Assembly (NCBI GenBank): GCA_038320275.1
Contig: JBBQEB010000001.1
Coordinates: forward strand, 1-64,000
DNA from: Myxococcales bacterium
GTDB taxonomy: Bacteria > Myxococcota > Myxococcia > Myxococcales > Anaeromyxobacteraceae
DNA length: 64,000 nt
Direction of reading: 5' to 3'
In this document: positions 61,626-64,000 of the stretch, one piece after another
Layout of the letters: each line of letters starts with the position of its first letter
How positions within the stretch are numbered: the stretch's first letter is position 1
The notes under the pieces: generated by a model
Database searches by the model: none
What the model saw: the letters and a program-made list of their open reading frames with translations, nothing else
Told to the model about the DNA's origin: nothing
Position numbers and translations under genes: made by a program

Positions 61626-62978
61626 GTGCAGATCCTCCACACCGATTCGCCCGAATTCGCCCTGCGCTGGGCCCGCCTGTGCGCGCGCGGTTCCGAGGAG
61701 GACGAGCCCGGGGTCCGCGAAGCTGCGCTCGCCATCGTGGCCGACGTCCGCGCGCGGGGCGACCTCGCCCTGGTGGAGGCTACCGCGCGCCTCGACGGTT
61801 GGGCGCCTGGTGGCGCGGCGGAGCTCGAGCTGGGCCCGGCAGAGTTCCGCGCTGCCCACGACGGGCTGCCGCGGGGGGCCCGCGCGGCGCTGAAGCTCGC
61901 CGCCGTTCGCATCCGGGCCTTCCACCTGCGCGAGCGCCAGGCCGAGGTGCCGCCCTTCCGCGACCTCACCGGCGCGGTGCTGGGCCAGGTCACGCGGCCG
62001 CTCGGACGGGTGGGCGTGTACGCGCCCGGCGGCACCGCGCGCTACCCCTCCACCATCCTCATGACGGCCATCCCCGCGCGCGTCGCCGGCGTGCGCGAGA
62101 TCGTGGCCTGCTCGCCGGGCGCGCGCGGCTCGGGGCGCGTCGACGCCTGGACGCTCGCGGCCTGCCACGTGGCGGGGGTGTCGAGGCTGTTCCGCGTCGG
62201 CGGCGCCCAGGCGGTAGCGGCGCTCGCCCATGGCACCGCGACGGTCCCCGCCGTCGACAAGATCTGCGGGCCGGGCAACGCCTGGGTGGCCGCCGCCAAG
62301 CGCATCGTCTTCGGCACCGTCGACATCGACATGATCGCAGGGCCCACCGAGATCGCCATCGTGGCCGGGCCCAAGGCCGACCCGGCCGAGGCAGCGAGCG
62401 ACCTCCTCGCCCAGGCCGAGCATGACGTGCGGGCCGTCGCGATCCTGCTCACGCCGTCGGCGAAGCTCGCGAGCGCGGTGCAGGCGGAGGTCGAGGTGCA
62501 GCTCGGGGATCTCCCCCGCGGCTCCATCGCCCGGCGCGCGGTGGAAGAGCGAGGCGCCATCCTCCTGACGGCGGACGTGGCCGAGGCGGTGCGCCTGGCG
62601 GACGACTTCGCCCCGGAGCACCTGTCGCTGCTCCTCCCCCACGCGGCGCGCTGGCTCTCCAAGGTGTCGCGGGCGGGGGCGATCTTCTGCGGCCCCTCCA
62701 CCCCCGAGGCGGTGGGCGACTACGTGGCCGGCCCGAGCCACGTCCTCCCCACGGCCGGCACCGCCCGCTTCGCTTCTCCGCTGTCGGTGGCGACGTTCCG
62801 CCGCCGGATGAGCATCGTCGAGTTCTCGCCGCGCGGCCTCGCGCGGGTCGCGCCGGCCATCGAGGCGCTCGCGGGAGCGGAGGGGCTCGAAGGCCACGCC
62901 CGCGCCGTCCGCATCCGGGTGAAGCGCTCGGCCGTGATGGGCTCGCGCAAGCAGCGGGCGCGCGCGGGGCGGCGATGA
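61626..62978 (+). CDS. hisD: Histidinol dehydrogenase
   Basis: VGVYAPGG, VGGAQAVAALAHGT, GPGNAWV, AGPTE, QAEHD, APEHL. Confidence 0.95.
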   Translation: MQILHTDSPEFALRWARLCARGSEEDEPGVREAALAIVADVRARGDLALVEATARLDGWAPGGAAELELGPAEFRAAHDGLPRGARAALKLAAVRIRAFHLRERQAEVPPFRDLTGAVLGQVTRPLGRVGVYAPGGTARYPSTILMTAIPARVAGVREIVACSPGARGSGRVDAWTLAACHVAGVSRLFRVGGAQAVAALAHGTATVPAVDKICGPGNAWVAAAKRIVFGTVDIDMIAGPTEIAIVAGPKADPAEAASDLLAQAEHDVRAVAILLTPSAKLASAVQAEVEVQLGDLPRGSIARRAVEERGAILLTADVAEAVRLADDFAPEHLSLLLPHAARWLSKVSRAGAIFCGPSTPEAVGDYVAGPSHVLPTAGTARFASPLSVATFRRRMSIVEFSPRGLARVAPAIEALAGAEGLEGHARAVRIRVKRSAVMGSRKQRARAGRR

Positions 62979-64000
62979 GCTGGCGGGAGCACCTGCGCGA
63001 GACCATCCCGGGGCTGACGCTCTACCGCCCATTCGACTACGGCGCGGCGCCGGCGGGGCTGGTGCGGCTCGATGCCAACGAGTCGCCCTTCGGCCCCGAC
63101 CCGGAGGAGATCCTGGCGGCGCAGGACGCGCTCGGCAGGCTCGCCCTCCACCGCTACCCGGAGGTCTCGGCGCGCCCGCTGCGCGAGGCGCTGGCGGAGC
63201 GCTGGGGGGTCTCTCCCGAGACCCTCCTGCTGGGCAACGGCTCCGACGAGATCATCTCCATCCTCGTCACCGCCTTCGGTGGCGGGAGGGGCGGCGAGCC
63301 GGGCCGGGTGCTCTTTCCAACCCCCACCTTCGGCGAGTACGAGGCCATCGCGCTCGCGCACGGCGCCCTGCCGCTGCCGGTGCCGCTCGGCCCGGACTTC
63401 GCGCTGGACGAGCAGGCGCTCCTCGCGGCGATCGCACGCCATCACCCAGGGCTCGCCTTCCTCGCGTCGCCCAACAACCCCACCGGCAACCGCTTCGACG
63501 AAGAGGTGATGCTTCGGCTCGCGGCGGCCATGGATGGAGTGCTGGTGGTGGACGAGGCGTACGCGGACTTCGGCGGCGCGACCCTCCTCTCCCGCGCCGG
63601 CTCGGCGCCTGGCCTCTTCGTCATGCGCTCGCTCTCCAAGATCGGGCTCGCGGGCCTGCGCCTGGGCGCGCTGGTGGGCCCCAGGGACGCCATCGCCGAG
63701 CTCGACAAGGTGCGGCTCCCCTACAACGTGAACGCGCTCTCCATCGCGGTCGCGCTGGCCGCGCTCGGTCGCCCGGAGCGCCTCGGCGAGCGAATCCGGC
63801 GCGTGGCCGAGAGCCGCCAGGCCCTAGAGAGCGGACTGCGCGAGCTGCCCGGCCTCGAGCTTTTTCCCAGCGATGCCAACTTCGTGCTGGTCCGCATGCG
63901 CGGCGACGCGCGCGCCGTGTGGGAGGCGCTCCTCGCGCGAGGGGTGCTGGTGAGGCTCCTCTCGCGAGCCGGGCCGCTCGACCGGTGCCTTCGCATCACC
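62975..64000 (+). CDS. hisC: Histidinol-phosphate aminotransferase (3'-truncated by window end)
   Basis: My translation from ATG 62975: LDANESPF, RYPE, GNGSDEII, SPNNPTGN, VDEAYADF, RSLSKIGLAGLRLG. Confidence 0.93.
   Translation, partial: MSWREHLRETIPGLTLYRPFDYGAAPAGLVRLDANESPFGPDPEEILAAQDALGRLALHRYPEVSARPLREALAERWGVSPETLLLGNGSDEIISILVTAFGGGRGGEPGRVLFPTPTFGEYEAIALAHGALPLPVPLGPDFALDEQALLAAIARHHPGLAFLASPNNPTGNRFDEEVMLRLAAAMDGVLVVDEAYADFGGATLLSRAGSAPGLFVMRSLSKIGLAGLRLGALVGPRDAIAELDKVRLPYNVNALSIAVALAALGRPERLGERIRRVAESRQALESGLRELPGLELFPSDANFVLVRMRGDARAVWEALLARGVLVRLLSRAGPLDRCLRIT

Noticed and set aside
59529..62978. 1149-aa ORF read as a giant HisD fusion
   Set aside because: Only 61626-62978 is HisD; the rest is a stop-free frame antisense to VIT1 and the T3SS genes, typical of high GC.

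Overview
Very GC-rich bacterial chromosome segment. Gene content and protein style point to an Anaeromyxobacter-like member of Myxococcota; this is inferred, with no database search run. Most of the window is core genome: HAD and Ppx phosphatases, tolQRAB, murI, ftsEX-envC-ctpA, a GT2 synthase, ftsY-smc, an orphan chemoreceptor, a type II secretion operon (gspCDEFGHIJKLMN) behind an NtrC-family activator, rpmE, rho, ligA, a radical SAM gene, rne/rng, HU, a ferritin-VIT1 fusion and hisDC. The most notable region is 52094-60268, a compact sigma54-driven type III secretion-like operon. It encodes the whole export gate (SctRSTUV), SctQ, SctJ, a flagellar-type FliO and needle-like and inner-rod-like proteins. 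It has no ATPase, stator, SctD or secretin, and its SctR has lost the conserved Met gasket. Three near-consensus sigma54 promoters drive a Cys-rich lipoprotein, the T2SS operon (with a perfect inverted enhancer-like repeat) and the T3SS-like operon. Also seen: a 181-nt hairpin element, a duplicated GspG leader around a hairpin, a structured rne leader and several short tandem repeats. No rRNA, tRNA, CRISPR array or transposase was recognised.
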